Assembly (NCBI GenBank): GCA_044341675.1
Contig: JBIIRH010000001.1
Coordinates: 15,870-79,869, forward strand
Direction: 5' to 3'
Source of the DNA: Pontimonas sp.
GTDB lineage: Bacteria > Actinomycetota > Actinomycetes > Actinomycetales > Microbacteriaceae
DNA length: 64,000 nucleotides
The notes under the pieces: model-generated
What the model saw: the letters and a program-made list of their open reading frames with translations, nothing else
Databases searched by the model: none
What the model was told of the DNA's origin: nothing
Position numbers and translations under genes: made by a program
Shown here: piece by piece, positions 41,543 to 51,975 of the stretch
Position numbering within the stretch: the stretch's first letter is position 1
How the letters are laid out: each line of letters opens with the position of its first letter

Positions 41543-41621
41543 AAGGACTCCCTCAGAAGGATTGGTTCCAAACATCCCCATCCTAGATGGCCCACGGGAG
41601 GGCCTTGACTAGCATGGCCTT

Positions 41622-42962
41622 ATGGTCCAGGAGAGTTTGTGGAAAGCACCGCTACCGCTGGCGGTTGCTTTGCGTCCGCAGACCCTTGATGACGTGATTG
41701 GCCAAGACCGCGCCTTGGTGGCCGGTGGACCGCTGAGAGCGCTGGCTGACCCGTCACATCGCGGATCCGCCAGCTCCGTACTTCTCTGGGGCCCTCCGGG
41801 TACGGGTAAGACCACGATCGCCAGCGTCATTGCCCGATCTTCCGGGCGAGAGTTCGTCGAACTCTCCGCTGTGACAGCGGGTGTTAAAGATGTGCGCGAC
41901 GTGCTCGCCAATGCTCGAGCAATCGGCGACACCACCGGTGTGGCCCCGGTTCTCTTCCTCGATGAGATTCATCGGTTCTCGAAGGCCCAGCAGGACGCGC
42001 TGTTACCGGGGGTTGAGAACGGGGTCATTGTCTTGGTGGCGGCAACCACGGAAAACCCCTCGTTCTCCGTTATTTCCCCGCTTCTGAGCCGCTCGATTGT
42101 GGTGACGCTCTCCTCATTGGAGCCCCACGACATTGAGAACGTCCTGGCTAGGGCTATCGCTCACCCTCAGGGTTTGGCTGGAGCCTTCGAGGTTGGCCCG
42201 GAAGCCATTGAGCTGCTTGTCAGGCTCTCTGGTGGAGACGCCAGAAAGGCGCTCGGCTCACTCGAAGCAGCCGCGATGGTGGCCTCTGGTTCCGACGAAT
42301 CACGACGAATCAGCGCGGAGCACGTGGCCTTGGCGGTGGACCGAGCGATGGTCCGCTACGACCGCGATGGGGATGCGCACTATGACGTGGTCAGTGCGTT
42401 TATCAAGTCGGTGCGAGGCAGTGACGCCGATGCGGCTCTGCACTATCTCGCTCGGATGATCGAGGCGGGGGAGGACCCCCGATTCATCGCGAGGCGTCTC
42501 ATCATCTTGGCCTCGGAGGATGTTGGGTTGGCTGATCGCACAGCACTGTCAATCGCGGTAGACGCGGCTCAGGCGGTGGCATTAATCGGAATGCCAGAGG
42601 GCAGAATTCCCCTCGCCGAGGCCACTATCTATCTTGCCCTCGCCCCAAAATCCAACCGCGCTTATTTGGCAATTAATGAGGCGCAGTCCAGTATTCGGGC
42701 AGGCCTACTTGGTGAGGTACCAGCGCATCTGCGGGACACTCACTACGCGGGCGCTGAGGGGCTGGGCCACGGTCGCGGCTATCTCTATCCCCACGACGCT
42801 GACGCTGGAATTGTTGCCCAGGCTTACGCCCCCACGGCAGTACAGGGGGCCTCGTTCTATAAGCCAGGTTCCAGGGGTTTCGAGGGCGAACTCGCCAAGC
42901 GTCAGGCTGCAATTCGTGCCATCCTCGATGGCACCACAGCACCATCGAGCACAGAAGAGTAA
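41622..42962 (+). CDS. rarA: Replication-associated recombination protein A (MgsA)
   Basis: GPPGTGKT, LDEIHRF, ATTENPSF, SAFIKSVRGSD, ASEDVGLAD, YLYPHD. Confidence 0.95.
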   Translation: MVQESLWKAPLPLAVALRPQTLDDVIGQDRALVAGGPLRALADPSHRGSASSVLLWGPPGTGKTTIASVIARSSGREFVELSAVTAGVKDVRDVLANARAIGDTTGVAPVLFLDEIHRFSKAQQDALLPGVENGVIVLVAATTENPSFSVISPLLSRSIVVTLSSLEPHDIENVLARAIAHPQGLAGAFEVGPEAIELLVRLSGGDARKALGSLEAAAMVASGSDESRRISAEHVALAVDRAMVRYDRDGDAHYDVVSAFIKSVRGSDADAALHYLARMIEAGEDPRFIARRLIILASEDVGLADRTALSIAVDAAQAVALIGMPEGRIPLAEATIYLALAPKSNRAYLAINEAQSSIRAGLLGEVPAHLRDTHYAGAEGLGHGRGYLYPHDADAGIVAQAYAPTAVQGASFYKPGSRGFEGELAKRQAAIRAILDGTTAPSSTEE

Positions 42963-42965
42963 TTG

Positions 42966-43120
42966 TGCTACCGTTATTGCTGGTCACAGACCAGATAACC
43001 GTGCGGCTGCGCGTTTCTGATCTGCGAAGGGCACGCTGTAGCCGCGGCCCCTCCGCCAATTCCCTCACTTGTTATGTCTCAGGCGTTAGGCGCCAACCAC
43101 GTATCTAGGAGAAATTTTTC
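42966..43120 (+). promoter_or_regulatory. rpsD promoter (extended -10) and structured 5' leader
   Basis: TG-C-TACCGT at 42966-42974; stems CTGGTC/GACCAG, GCGGCTGC/GTAGCCGC and GCGT/ACGC; AGGAG before the start. Confidence 0.55.
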
Positions 43121-43750
43121 GTGTCAACTCGTTCACGTACCAGAAGCAAGACCAGACTGTCCCGGGCGCTGGGTATTCCCCTTACACCCAAGGCAGCCAA
43201 GTACTTAGAAAAGCGCCCCTACGCTCCCGGTGAGCACGGTCGTACCAAGCGCAAGACCGACAGTGACTACGCTGTCCGTCTTCGTGAGAAGCAGCGCCTG
43301 AGAGCCCAGTACGGCATCCGCGAAGCACAGCTGCGTCGCGTCTTCGAAGAGGCCCGCAAGAGCCAGGGCCTCACCGGTGAGAACCTGGTCGAGCTTCTCG
43401 AAATGCGACTCGATGCGCTTGTCTTGCGCTCCGGATTTGCTCGCACCATGGCTCAGGCACGTCAGATGGTCGTTCACCGCCACATCTTGGTCAACGGTGA
43501 GTTGGTTGACCGTCCTTCATTCCGCGTGAAGCCTGGCCAAATGATCCACGTCAAGCCTCGCAGCGAGGAGACGGAGCCTTTCCAGGTTGCCGCCGCTGGT
43601 GGTCACGTCGATGTGCTTCCCCCAACCCCCTCGTACATTGAGGTCGAGTTGGACAAGCTGCAGACCGTTTTGGTTCGTCGACCCAAGCGCGCAGAGGTCC
43701 CCGTGACCTGTGAAGTGCAGCTGGTCGTCGAGTACTACGCGGCCCGCTAG
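43121..43750 (+). CDS. rpsD: 30S ribosomal protein S4
   Basis: PGEHG, LREKQRLRAQYG, LEMRLD, ARQMVVHRHI. Confidence 0.97.
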   Translation: MSTRSRTRSKTRLSRALGIPLTPKAAKYLEKRPYAPGEHGRTKRKTDSDYAVRLREKQRLRAQYGIREAQLRRVFEEARKSQGLTGENLVELLEMRLDALVLRSGFARTMAQARQMVVHRHILVNGELVDRPSFRVKPGQMIHVKPRSEETEPFQVAAAGGHVDVLPPTPSYIEVELDKLQTVLVRRPKRAEVPVTCEVQLVVEYYAAR

Positions 43751-43801
43751 AAAACCTCTACTGTGGTGGGGGAGCTTACGCTTCCCCACCACAGTGGTTT
43801 T
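43751..43801 (+). terminator. Intrinsic terminator after rpsD
   Basis: ACTGTGGTGGGGGAGC-TTAC-GCTTCCCCACCACAGT 16-bp stem flanked by AAAACC and GGTTTT. Confidence 0.85.
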
Positions 43802-43833
43802 CGGGCCTGGGTGAGGATGATGAAGGAGGACAT

Positions 43834-43989
43834 GTGGGTCGGTTCATTACCGCTCTTGTTGGCGTCATAGCCGGTTTCGTGCTTGCGCATGTGGTCAACC
43901 AGACCCCCCAGGGTCGCGAGTTCTTCGGCCGCGCCCGTGCCACGCTGTCCTCCTTTGTCGAGGGTTTCAAGCAGTCGTACCGCGGTTGA
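43834..43989 (+). CDS. 51-aa small membrane protein upstream of alaS (not in ORF track)
   Basis: AAGGAGG then GTG; MGRFITALVGVIAGFVLAHVVNQTPQGREFFGRARATLSSFVEGFKQSYRG*; fills the rpsD-alaS gap. Confidence 0.75.
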   Translation: MGRFITALVGVIAGFVLAHVVNQTPQGREFFGRARATLSSFVEGFKQSYRG

Positions 43990-44014
43990 GTCAGCGCAGC
44001 TAGAAGAGGGATTC

Positions 44015-46675
44015 ATGGAAACCGCAGACATTCAGCGCCGTTGGCTCACCTACTTCGGAGACCGCGGCCACACGGTGGTGCCCTCTGCATCTCTGGTGAG
44101 CGATGATCCGACGCTGATGTTCACCGTTGCGGGAATGGTTCCCTTCATCCCGTATTTGACCGGTGTGGTCCCAGCGCCCTACCCCCGGGCAACGAGCGTG
44201 CAGAAATGTATTCGCACCCTTGACATTGAAGAGGTCGGGAAAACCACCCGTCACGGAACCTTCTTCCAGATGAATGGAAACTTTTCGTTCGGGGACTATT
44301 TCAAGCAGGGAGCCATCGAGTTCGCGTGGGAGCTGCTCACGATGTCAGAGTCGGATGGCGGTCTTGGCTTTGACGAGAGCAAGCTGTGGGTGACCGTCTA
44401 TGAAGACGACGATGAGGCCGCCGGTATCTGGAAATCTGTTGCAGGGTTGCCCGATACCCGCATTCAGCGCATGGGGCGTGAAGACAACTACTGGTCGACG
44501 GGCCAACCTGGACCAGCGGGTCCCTGTTCCGAGATCTACTTTGACCGTGGGCCCCAGTACGGGCCAGATGGCGGCCCGGCCGTTGATGACACCCGGTACA
44601 TAGAAATCTGGAACCTCGTGTTCATGCAGTACCTGATCGACAATGTGCGCAGCAAAGTCGACTTCGACATCGTTGGCGAACTGCCCCAAAAGAACATCGA
44701 TACCGGTATGGGCATGGAGCGCGTCGCTTTCCTCAAGCAGGGCGTTGCCAACATGTATGAAATCGATCAGGTCCGGCCTGTTCTCGACAAGGCAGGCGAG
44801 CTCTCGGGCCGTCGCTACGGGGCAAACGTCGACGACGATGTGCGAATGCGAGTCATTGCTGACCACATCCGCTCTGCTGTGATGTTGATGACCGATGGCG
44901 TTGTGCCCGCAAACGATGGCCGTGGATACGTGTTGAGGCGCCTGCTGCGTCGAAGTGTTCGCTCTATGCGCCTTCTGGGTTACCACGACGCAAGTTTCCC
45001 GGAGCTCTTCCAAGCCTCCAGGGACGCTATGTCCGCGAGCTACCCGGATGTGGCCACAGAGTTCTCTCGGGTCAGCCAGCTGGCAATCGCCGAAGAGGAG
45101 TCATTCCTCAAAACTTTGGAGGCAGGCACCAGCATCGTCGACCTCGCTGTGGCTGACACCTCTGCCAAGGGCGAAAAATCACTCTCTGGTGACACTGCGT
45201 TCTTGCTTCACGACACCTACGGTTTCCCGATTGATCTCACTCTGGAAATGGCCGCTGAAGCCGGCCTTAGCGTTGACCGCGAGGCGTTTGACACCCTGAT
45301 GTTGGCGCAACGCGACCGCGCAAAGACAGACGCTAAGTCCAAGAAGAGTATCCGAGCGGATGTGTCTGTCTATGGCGAGTTCAGGGCTTCGGGAGAGACG
45401 GTGTTTGCCGGCTATGAACTCCTCGAGCTCGAGTCGACGGTGCTGGGTCTTCTGGTTGACGGAGAATCGGTCAACCGGGCAGGCGCGAGCCAGGTCGTCG
45501 AGGTGATTCTTGCTGAAACACCCCTCTATGCGGAGTCGGGTGGCCAGGTTTCAGACCAAGGTGTCCTTGAAGGGCCAGGATTCCGCGCTGTGGTCTCCGA
45601 TGTTCAAAAACCAGTCCCGGGTTTGATTAGCCACACCGTGACCATTGCCGAGGGAGAGATTGGTGTCGGCGACGCCGTAAAGGCCGTTGTTGACCCCGTC
45701 ACCCGTTACGAAGGCGCTCGCGCTCACTCAGCAACCCACTTGATTCACGCAGCGCTTCGGGACACCCTTGGCCCGAACGCAACCCAGGCCGGTTCGCTGA
45801 ATCGCCCCGGCTATATGCGACTCGACTTTTCGTGGAACCAAGCCCTCTCTGAAGACGCGCAGTCGGGAATCTCAGAGATCACGAACAACGCGATCCGGGA
45901 TGACTTGGAGGTCTCGACAAAGATTCTTCCTGTCGCCGAAGCAAAAGCTGCCGGAGCAATGGCACTGTTTGGAGAAAAATACGGCGACGTCGTTCGTATG
46001 GTCGACATTGGTGGCCCATGGTCGAGAGAACTCTGTGCTGGAACCCACGTGGGCCGCTCCTCTCAGATTGGCGTGGTGACGCTTCTCGGAGAGTCCTCGG
46101 TGAGCTCGACCGCTCGGCGCATTGAGGCCCTTGTCGGAAGCGCCGCGGTTGCAGACTTCTCTGTGGAGAAGTCGATTGTTCGACGGCTGACCCAGCTCTT
46201 GAAGACTCCGCGGGAAGAGTTGCCCGGCCGCATCGAAGACCTTCTCGGTCAGGTGAAGACACTGGAGCGTCAGGTCGCAAAAACTGCTCAGGCAGCAACG
46301 GGAGCTCTGGCTCCCGCGCTGATAAAGAGCGCGACCGATCGTGCCGGTGTCTCCGTCGTTGCCGAAGTGCTCTCTGAGAGCCTCGGCGCCGATGACATTC
46401 GCGTTTTGGCGACTAGCGTTCTCTCCGGCCTTGGTGATGCTCCGGCAGCGGTGGTGCTGGGTTCGGTTGCTGAGGGCAGAGGAACCATCGTGGTCGCAGC
46501 AAACCCAGCCGGCGTTACCGCCGGTGTCCACGCGGGCAATCTCGTGAAGACCGCATCAACCATCATGGGCGGTGGCGGTGGCGGTAAGCCCGGTCTCGCC
46601 CAGGGTGGCGGCCCTGAGGGAGCTTCTCTCCCAGCAGCGCTGGAAGCAGTAGTGGCGGAGTTGGGGAAGTCCTAG
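44015..46675 (+). CDS. alaS: Alanine--tRNA ligase
   Basis: FTVAGMVPF, RHGTFFQM, EIWNLVFMQ, IDTGMGMER, HSATHL and ELCAGTH editing site. Confidence 0.97.
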   Translation: METADIQRRWLTYFGDRGHTVVPSASLVSDDPTLMFTVAGMVPFIPYLTGVVPAPYPRATSVQKCIRTLDIEEVGKTTRHGTFFQMNGNFSFGDYFKQGAIEFAWELLTMSESDGGLGFDESKLWVTVYEDDDEAAGIWKSVAGLPDTRIQRMGREDNYWSTGQPGPAGPCSEIYFDRGPQYGPDGGPAVDDTRYIEIWNLVFMQYLIDNVRSKVDFDIVGELPQKNIDTGMGMERVAFLKQGVANMYEIDQVRPVLDKAGELSGRRYGANVDDDVRMRVIADHIRSAVMLMTDGVVPANDGRGYVLRRLLRRSVRSMRLLGYHDASFPELFQASRDAMSASYPDVATEFSRVSQLAIAEEESFLKTLEAGTSIVDLAVADTSAKGEKSLSGDTAFLLHDTYGFPIDLTLEMAAEAGLSVDREAFDTLMLAQRDRAKTDAKSKKSIRADVSVYGEFRASGETVFAGYELLELESTVLGLLVDGESVNRAGASQVVEVILAETPLYAESGGQVSDQGVLEGPGFRAVVSDVQKPVPGLISHTVTIAEGEIGVGDAVKAVVDPVTRYEGARAHSATHLIHAALRDTLGPNATQAGSLNRPGYMRLDFSWNQALSEDAQSGISEITNNAIRDDLEVSTKILPVAEAKAAGAMALFGEKYGDVVRMVDIGGPWSRELCAGTHVGRSSQIGVVTLLGESSVSSTARRIEALVGSAAVADFSVEKSIVRRLTQLLKTPREELPGRIEDLLGQVKTLERQVAKTAQAATGALAPALIKSATDRAGVSVVAEVLSESLGADDIRVLATSVLSGLGDAPAAVVLGSVAEGRGTIVVAANPAGVTAGVHAGNLVKTASTIMGGGGGGKPGLAQGGGPEGASLPAALEAVVAELGKS

Positions 46676-47136
46676 TGCGGGAGGGCATCCGGCTGGGGAT
46701 CGACGTTGGTCAAGCTCGAGTTGGTGTTGCCCGGTCGGATCCACAGGGCACGATGGCAGTGCCTGTCGCGACTATGGCGCGGGGAACAGCGCTCGTGGAG
46801 ATCGCTGAGCTAGCAAGAGAATATTCGCCACTCGAGATTGTTGTGGGCCTGCCCATCAATCTTCAAGGTGAGAGGACCCCCTCCACCGAGGATGCAGAGG
46901 GTTTTGCCCGAGAGATTGAGGCACTTGGCTTGGCGCCAGTTCGCATGGTGGACGAGCGTTTGAGTACCGTCTCAGCAACCAGCGCGCTCCACAGCGCGGG
47001 GCGGTCCTCTCGATCACATCGCTCGGTCGTGGACCAGGTTGCCGCTGTTATCCTTTTGCAACATACATTGGACTCAGAGCGCAGTCAGGGGGTGCCAGGC
47101 GGGTACGTGCTAGATAACCCGAGAGCCCATGACTAA
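46675..47136 (+). CDS. ruvX: RuvX/YqgF family nuclease
   Basis: LGIDVGQARVGVA, VVGLP, DERLST, VDQVAA. Confidence 0.93.
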   Translation: MREGIRLGIDVGQARVGVARSDPQGTMAVPVATMARGTALVEIAELAREYSPLEIVVGLPINLQGERTPSTEDAEGFAREIEALGLAPVRMVDERLSTVSATSALHSAGRSSRSHRSVVDQVAAVILLQHTLDSERSQGVPGGYVLDNPRAHD

Positions 47137-48316
47137 TGACGCCGACTTCGATCGTATTTTCAGCACCCTGCCACCTCTGACACCGCAGAACTCTGGGGTC
47201 GCTTCGCCGCCACGGCGAGAGCTGCGCGAGCAGAAGCCGCCTCGTCAATCCGGTGGCAGGACAGTCTTCACGATCGTGGCAGTCCTGGTCCTGGTGTTGA
47301 GTGGCTCTGGCGTGTGGCTTCTCTGGAACGAATACGGGACTCGAGTGGTTGACTATTTCGCCGCCGAGGAAGTTGCCGATTTCGAGGGCTCGGGGGCGGA
47401 ACCGGTCATTGACATTGTTGTTGCCCCTGGCGACATAGGGGAGACCGTCGCCCGGAAACTGGCCGAGGCCGGTGTGACCGCGTCGTTTGAAGCCGTCTAT
47501 TCGATTCTGCTCACCGACACCACGATTGTTTTCCAACCTGGCACGTATCGATTACTGACAGGGATGTCGGGGGAGGCCGCGATTGCCGCTCTACTGGATC
47601 CGGCAAACCGCTTTGAGGTGAAGTTCACCATCCCCGAGGGCAAGACCCTGGAGCAAGCCATCGAGATTATGGCTGTTGCTGCGGACCTTCCGACGTCCGA
47701 TTTCGTGGACGCTGTGGCCGACCCAGCGGCGTATGGCATCGACAGTCCCACCGGAACGCTGGAGGGCTACCTTTTCCCCGCCACCTACACTTTTGAGCCC
47801 GGTGTCACAGCCAGTGAAATCGTTGACCAAATGGTGCGCGAGATGGTCAGCAGACTTGAGGCCAGCGGTGTGGCGCCCGAAGACTGGCACGAGGTGTTAA
47901 CCATGGCCGGCCTGATTCAGCGCGAGGCGCGGTTTGAGCAGGACTTCTATAAGGTTTCCAGGGTTTTCACGAACCGTCTTGAGGTGGGAATGGCACTTCA
48001 GTCCGATGCCACTGTCACCTACTGGACCGGACTTTATGACGGTGCCGGAACCTCGGATGCTGACCGAGCTGATGAGGAAAACCCCTACAACACCTACGTG
48101 ATTTCCGGACTTCCCCCCGGCCCCATCTCTCTCCCCGGGGAGCTCGCTATTGACGCGGCGATCAATCCGGTCGAGGGACCGTGGTTGTATTTCGTCTCGG
48201 TCGATCTCCGAACCGGCGAGACCGTTTTTTCTGAGACCTACGCCGAGCACAACCGCGCCAGAGATCAGTGGCTCGAGTGGTGTCGGGCTAGTGAGGAGAA
48301 CGGTGCCTTCTGCTAG
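47129..48316 (+). CDS. mltG: Endolytic transglycosylase MltG
   Basis: TM anchor, TIPEG, LEGYLFPATY, IQREA, LQSDAT, PYNTY..GLPPGPI. Confidence 0.94.
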   Translation: MTNDADFDRIFSTLPPLTPQNSGVASPPRRELREQKPPRQSGGRTVFTIVAVLVLVLSGSGVWLLWNEYGTRVVDYFAAEEVADFEGSGAEPVIDIVVAPGDIGETVARKLAEAGVTASFEAVYSILLTDTTIVFQPGTYRLLTGMSGEAAIAALLDPANRFEVKFTIPEGKTLEQAIEIMAVAADLPTSDFVDAVADPAAYGIDSPTGTLEGYLFPATYTFEPGVTASEIVDQMVREMVSRLEASGVAPEDWHEVLTMAGLIQREARFEQDFYKVSRVFTNRLEVGMALQSDATVTYWTGLYDGAGTSDADRADEENPYNTYVISGLPPGPISLPGELAIDAAINPVEGPWLYFVSVDLRTGETVFSETYAEHNRARDQWLEWCRASEENGAFC

Positions 48317-49145
48317 GCCCTGGGCCGAAGTGTGGGGCTCACCCATTAGCCACTCGCTCTCACCGACTCTCCACCAGGCTGCCTACGGTGCACTAGGGCT
48401 CGACTGGGACTACCGAGCCAGAGAGGTCACGCTCGCAGGGTTGCCAGATGAGTTTGCTGCGCTGAGGGAGGGCGCCAGGGGTCTTTCGCTGACCATGCCC
48501 CTCAAAGAGGGCATCCTCGGACTCGTGGCTGCCCGCGAACCGGTCGTGGATGTCTTGGGTGTTGCTAACACGGTGGCGTTCGGGCCAGATGGTCCACTGC
48601 TCACCAACACTGATCCGCTGGGTGTCAGTGGCGCTCTGGACGACGCTGGAGTTGAGCCGGAGATCGCCTGGATTATTGGCGCTGGCGCCACCGCGCGCGC
48701 CGTGGGATATGCGCTGGCGCAGCGGGGAACGCGTCAGATTATCCTCGTGGTGCGCGACGCGGCCCGGGCCGAAACCACCGCGGACGTTCTGCGCGGCTGT
48801 GGAGCCACGGTCACAATGATTCATCATGATCGCGTGGCTGATGCGCCTTTCCCCGGACTTGTGGTGAGCACTCTGCCCGGAGGCGCTGAGTTTCCTCTGC
48901 AGCCAGCAACAGCGCTGGTGAAGAACAGCGTGCTGTTCGATGTCGCTTATCACCCATGGCCATCGCCAGCTGCCACCTTGTGGCTCGCGGAGGGCGCCAC
49001 GGTCATTTCAGGTCTCTCGATGCTGGTTCATCAGGCACTTCATCAGATCCGATGGTTCGTCCAGGGCACCGGAGAGCAGCCACTCCCCACAGAGAATACG
49101 GTCTTGAGCTCGATGATGCGCTCCGTGGGGCTGCCCGCGTCGTAG
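48303..49145 (+). CDS. aroE: Shikimate dehydrogenase
   Basis: GSPISHSLSP, SLTMPLK, NTD, IGAGATA, DVAY, GLSMLVHQA. Confidence 0.93.
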   Translation: MPSARPWAEVWGSPISHSLSPTLHQAAYGALGLDWDYRAREVTLAGLPDEFAALREGARGLSLTMPLKEGILGLVAAREPVVDVLGVANTVAFGPDGPLLTNTDPLGVSGALDDAGVEPEIAWIIGAGATARAVGYALAQRGTRQIILVVRDAARAETTADVLRGCGATVTMIHHDRVADAPFPGLVVSTLPGGAEFPLQPATALVKNSVLFDVAYHPWPSPAATLWLAEGATVISGLSMLVHQALHQIRWFVQGTGEQPLPTENTVLSSMMRSVGLPAS

Positions 49146-49175
49146 GGAGAGCGCTTGGCATGGAAGAATAAGACC

Positions 49176-50372
49176 ATGTTGCGTTGGCTAACGGCGGGTG
49201 AATCTCACGGCCCCGAATTGATCGCTTTGCTCGAGGGCTTTCCCGCTGGCGTGCCCATCACTATGGAGATGGTGCAGGCTGATCTTGCCAGACGCCGTCT
49301 TGGCTATGGCCGCGGCGCTCGCATGAAGTTTGAGGCGGACGACGTATCACTTTCTGGTGGCATCCGGCACGGGCTTAGTCAGGGCGGCCCCGTTGCGTTG
49401 CGTATTGCCAATACCGAGTGGCCCAAATGGGAAACCATTATGAGCCCGCACCCCGTGGCTGCGGAAGAGCTGACGGGCGGTCGTGCCACCGCGCTCACCC
49501 GCCCCCGCCCAGGTCACGCCGACCTTACCGGCATGCAGAAGTACGGTTTTGACGATTCACGGCCGGTACTGGAGCGCGCTTCCGCTCGCGAAACAGCTGC
49601 CCGCGTAGCGCTCGGTGCAGTTGCCCGAGCTTTCCTGCGCGAACTTGGTATTGAGGTGCTCTCGCACACCGTGGCTATCGGTCCTGTCGCTGTCCCTGAG
49701 GACGTCGAATTGCCAACACCCTCCGATGTTGCCAGGCTTGACGAGGACGCTTTACGCTGTGCACACCCAGAAACGGCGGCGCTTATGGTCGCAGAGGTTG
49801 ATGACGCACACAAAGAGGGCGACACGCTCGGCGGTGTCGTCGAAGTTGTCGCCTACGGCTTGCCCCCAGGGCTTGGGTCCTATGTTCACTGGGATCGACG
49901 CCTTGATGCGAAGCTGGCTGGCGCTCTCATGGGCATCCAGGCCATCAAGGGCGTTGAGGTGGGCGATGGATTCCTCACGACCAGGCGCAGGGGTTCCCTC
50001 GCTCATGACGAAATCGTTGCCAGTGACGAGGGGGTTATCCGCACGAGTGATCGCGCGGGTGGCACCGAGGGCGGAATGAGCACGGGCGGAGTATTGCGAG
50101 TCCGTGCGGGTATGAAGCCGATTTCAACCGTGCCCCGTGCGCTTCGTACCATTGACACAACGACGGGCGAAGAAGCAGTTGCTCACCACCAGCGCTCTGA
50201 CGTGTGCGCGGTTCCTGCCGCCGGTGTTGTCGCCGAGGCCATGGTCATGCTGGTTCTCGCAGACGCCCTGGTGGAGAAGTTTGGTGGGGACTCACTTGCA
50301 GAGATTAAACGCAACTTGACTAGCTACCTCGATTCGATTCCCGAGGCGATCGCCCCGGTCAGACACCGCTAA
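49176..50372 (+). CDS. aroC: Chorismate synthase
   Basis: [37 protein letters not shown]. Confidence 0.97.
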   Translation: MLRWLTAGESHGPELIALLEGFPAGVPITMEMVQADLARRRLGYGRGARMKFEADDVSLSGGIRHGLSQGGPVALRIANTEWPKWETIMSPHPVAAEELTGGRATALTRPRPGHADLTGMQKYGFDDSRPVLERASARETAARVALGAVARAFLRELGIEVLSHTVAIGPVAVPEDVELPTPSDVARLDEDALRCAHPETAALMVAEVDDAHKEGDTLGGVVEVVAYGLPPGLGSYVHWDRRLDAKLAGALMGIQAIKGVEVGDGFLTTRRRGSLAHDEIVASDEGVIRTSDRAGGTEGGMSTGGVLRVRAGMKPISTVPRALRTIDTTTGEEAVAHHQRSDVCAVPAAGVVAEAMVMLVLADALVEKFGGDSLAEIKRNLTSYLDSIPEAIAPVRHR

Positions 50373-50881
50373 TGGCGAAGGCGGCACCCCTTGTGGTCCT
50401 CGTGGGTCCACCAGCTGCCGGAAAAACGCGCCTGGGCAAAAGAGTCTCCAAGCTCCTTGGCGTCGAATTTCTTGACACCGACGCCCTGGTTGCTTGTCGA
50501 TACGGCCCAATCCCTGCGCTCTTTGCCGCCGAGGGTGAAGCCTCTTTCCGTGAAAAAGAGCGTGCCGCAGTAGTTGAGGCCTTGGACACCACTGGTGTTG
50601 TTGCACTCGGTGGCGGTGCCGTGATCAACCCCGACACCAGAGCAGACCTTCTCTCCCATCGAGTGGCGCTTGTCTCCATCACCGCGGAGGCCGTGGAACC
50701 GCGGCTGAACTCCTCCAAGCGCCCACTGCTCACCGGAGGTCTTGAGAGTTGGGTGTCCCTGGTTGCGGCAAGGACAGCGTGGTACGACGAAGTGGCGACT
50801 GCGACTTTCGACACCTCGACCACCCCACTCGATACTGTTGCTGAGAACATCGTTGAGTGGATCAAGAGCGAGGCTGTCTAA
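50372..50881 (+). CDS. aroK: Shikimate kinase
   Basis: GPPAAGKT, LDTD, EGEASFRE, LGGGA, RPLL. Confidence 0.94.
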   Translation: MAKAAPLVVLVGPPAAGKTRLGKRVSKLLGVEFLDTDALVACRYGPIPALFAAEGEASFREKERAAVVEALDTTGVVALGGGAVINPDTRADLLSHRVALVSITAEAVEPRLNSSKRPLLTGGLESWVSLVAARTAWYDEVATATFDTSTTPLDTVAENIVEWIKSEAV

Positions 50882-51975
50882 TGGCTGGTGTCCCGGAGAC
50901 CATCACTGTGTCAAACTCGCAACAGGGCGACTATCCGATTGTCGTTCGACGTGGAGTCATTCACGATGCCGCATCCTTTCTGCCAGGCGATGCCAGCAAG
51001 GTACTGATTATCCACGCGCCGGCGCTGGCGACTATCGCTGAGGCTCTCCGAGCAGAACTCTCAGAGACAAAGCAGGTTTTTCTCGCCGAGTTGCCCGACG
51101 CCGAGGGCGCGAAGCGCATCGAAGTTGCCTCTTTCTGCTGGGGCATTCTCGGCCAACTCGATTTTCACCGTAACGACGTCATCGTTTCCCTCGGCGGTGG
51201 CGCGACCACCGATGTTGCGGGTTTTGTCGCCGCAACCTGGCTGCGTGGAGTTCCGCTTGTGCACATACCGACCACCGTGCTCGGCATTGTGGATGCAGCT
51301 ATCGGCGGCAAAACGGGAGTGAACACTCAAGAGGGAAAGAACCTTGTCGGAGCGTTTTATGCCCCCAACGCGGTTCTTGTTGACCCTGACGTGCTCGCTG
51401 GCCTGTCTGAGAACGAGGTGAAGGCAGGTTTCGCGGAGATTGTGAAGGCTGGATTCATCGCGGACCCACGGATATTGGAGCTGATTGAAGCCGACCCAGC
51501 GGCCGCCATTGACACTGCAAGCGAGGTCTTCGAAGAGCTACTGGCACGGGCCATTGCGGTTAAGGCACGGGTGGTGGGGGATGACTTCATGGAGCAGGGG
51601 CTTCGTGAGATTCTCAACTACGGGCACACGCTAGGCCACGCGATCGAGCACGCTGAGCGCTACCAGTGGCGCCACGGTGTGGCGGTGTCGATCGGGATGG
51701 TCTTCGCGGCCGAGCTGTCGCGTCTCGTGGCTGGTCTCGATGACGACAGCGTGGACCGCCACCGATCCATCCTGAACTCTCTGGGTTTGCCTACTACCTA
51801 TCCAGCGGATCGGTGGCGGACGCTTCTGGCCACCATGCAGAAGGACAAGAAGGCTCGCGGTGGTGTGCTTCGCTTTGTGGTGCTGGATGCTGTAGGTAAG
51901 CCCCGTGTTCTTGCTATTCCCGATGAATCAATGCTGTTTGCGGCATATGCCGAGCTTGGCCAGTCCGCACAGTAG
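50881..51975 (+). CDS. aroB: 3-dehydroquinate synthase
   Basis: GGGATTDVAGF, PTT, DAAIGGKTG, LNYGHTLGHAIE, DKK. Confidence 0.96.
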   Translation: MAGVPETITVSNSQQGDYPIVVRRGVIHDAASFLPGDASKVLIIHAPALATIAEALRAELSETKQVFLAELPDAEGAKRIEVASFCWGILGQLDFHRNDVIVSLGGGATTDVAGFVAATWLRGVPLVHIPTTVLGIVDAAIGGKTGVNTQEGKNLVGAFYAPNAVLVDPDVLAGLSENEVKAGFAEIVKAGFIADPRILELIEADPAAAIDTASEVFEELLARAIAVKARVVGDDFMEQGLREILNYGHTLGHAIEHAERYQWRHGVAVSIGMVFAAELSRLVAGLDDDSVDRHRSILNSLGLPTTYPADRWRTLLATMQKDKKARGGVLRFVVLDAVGKPRVLAIPDESMLFAAYAELGQSAQ

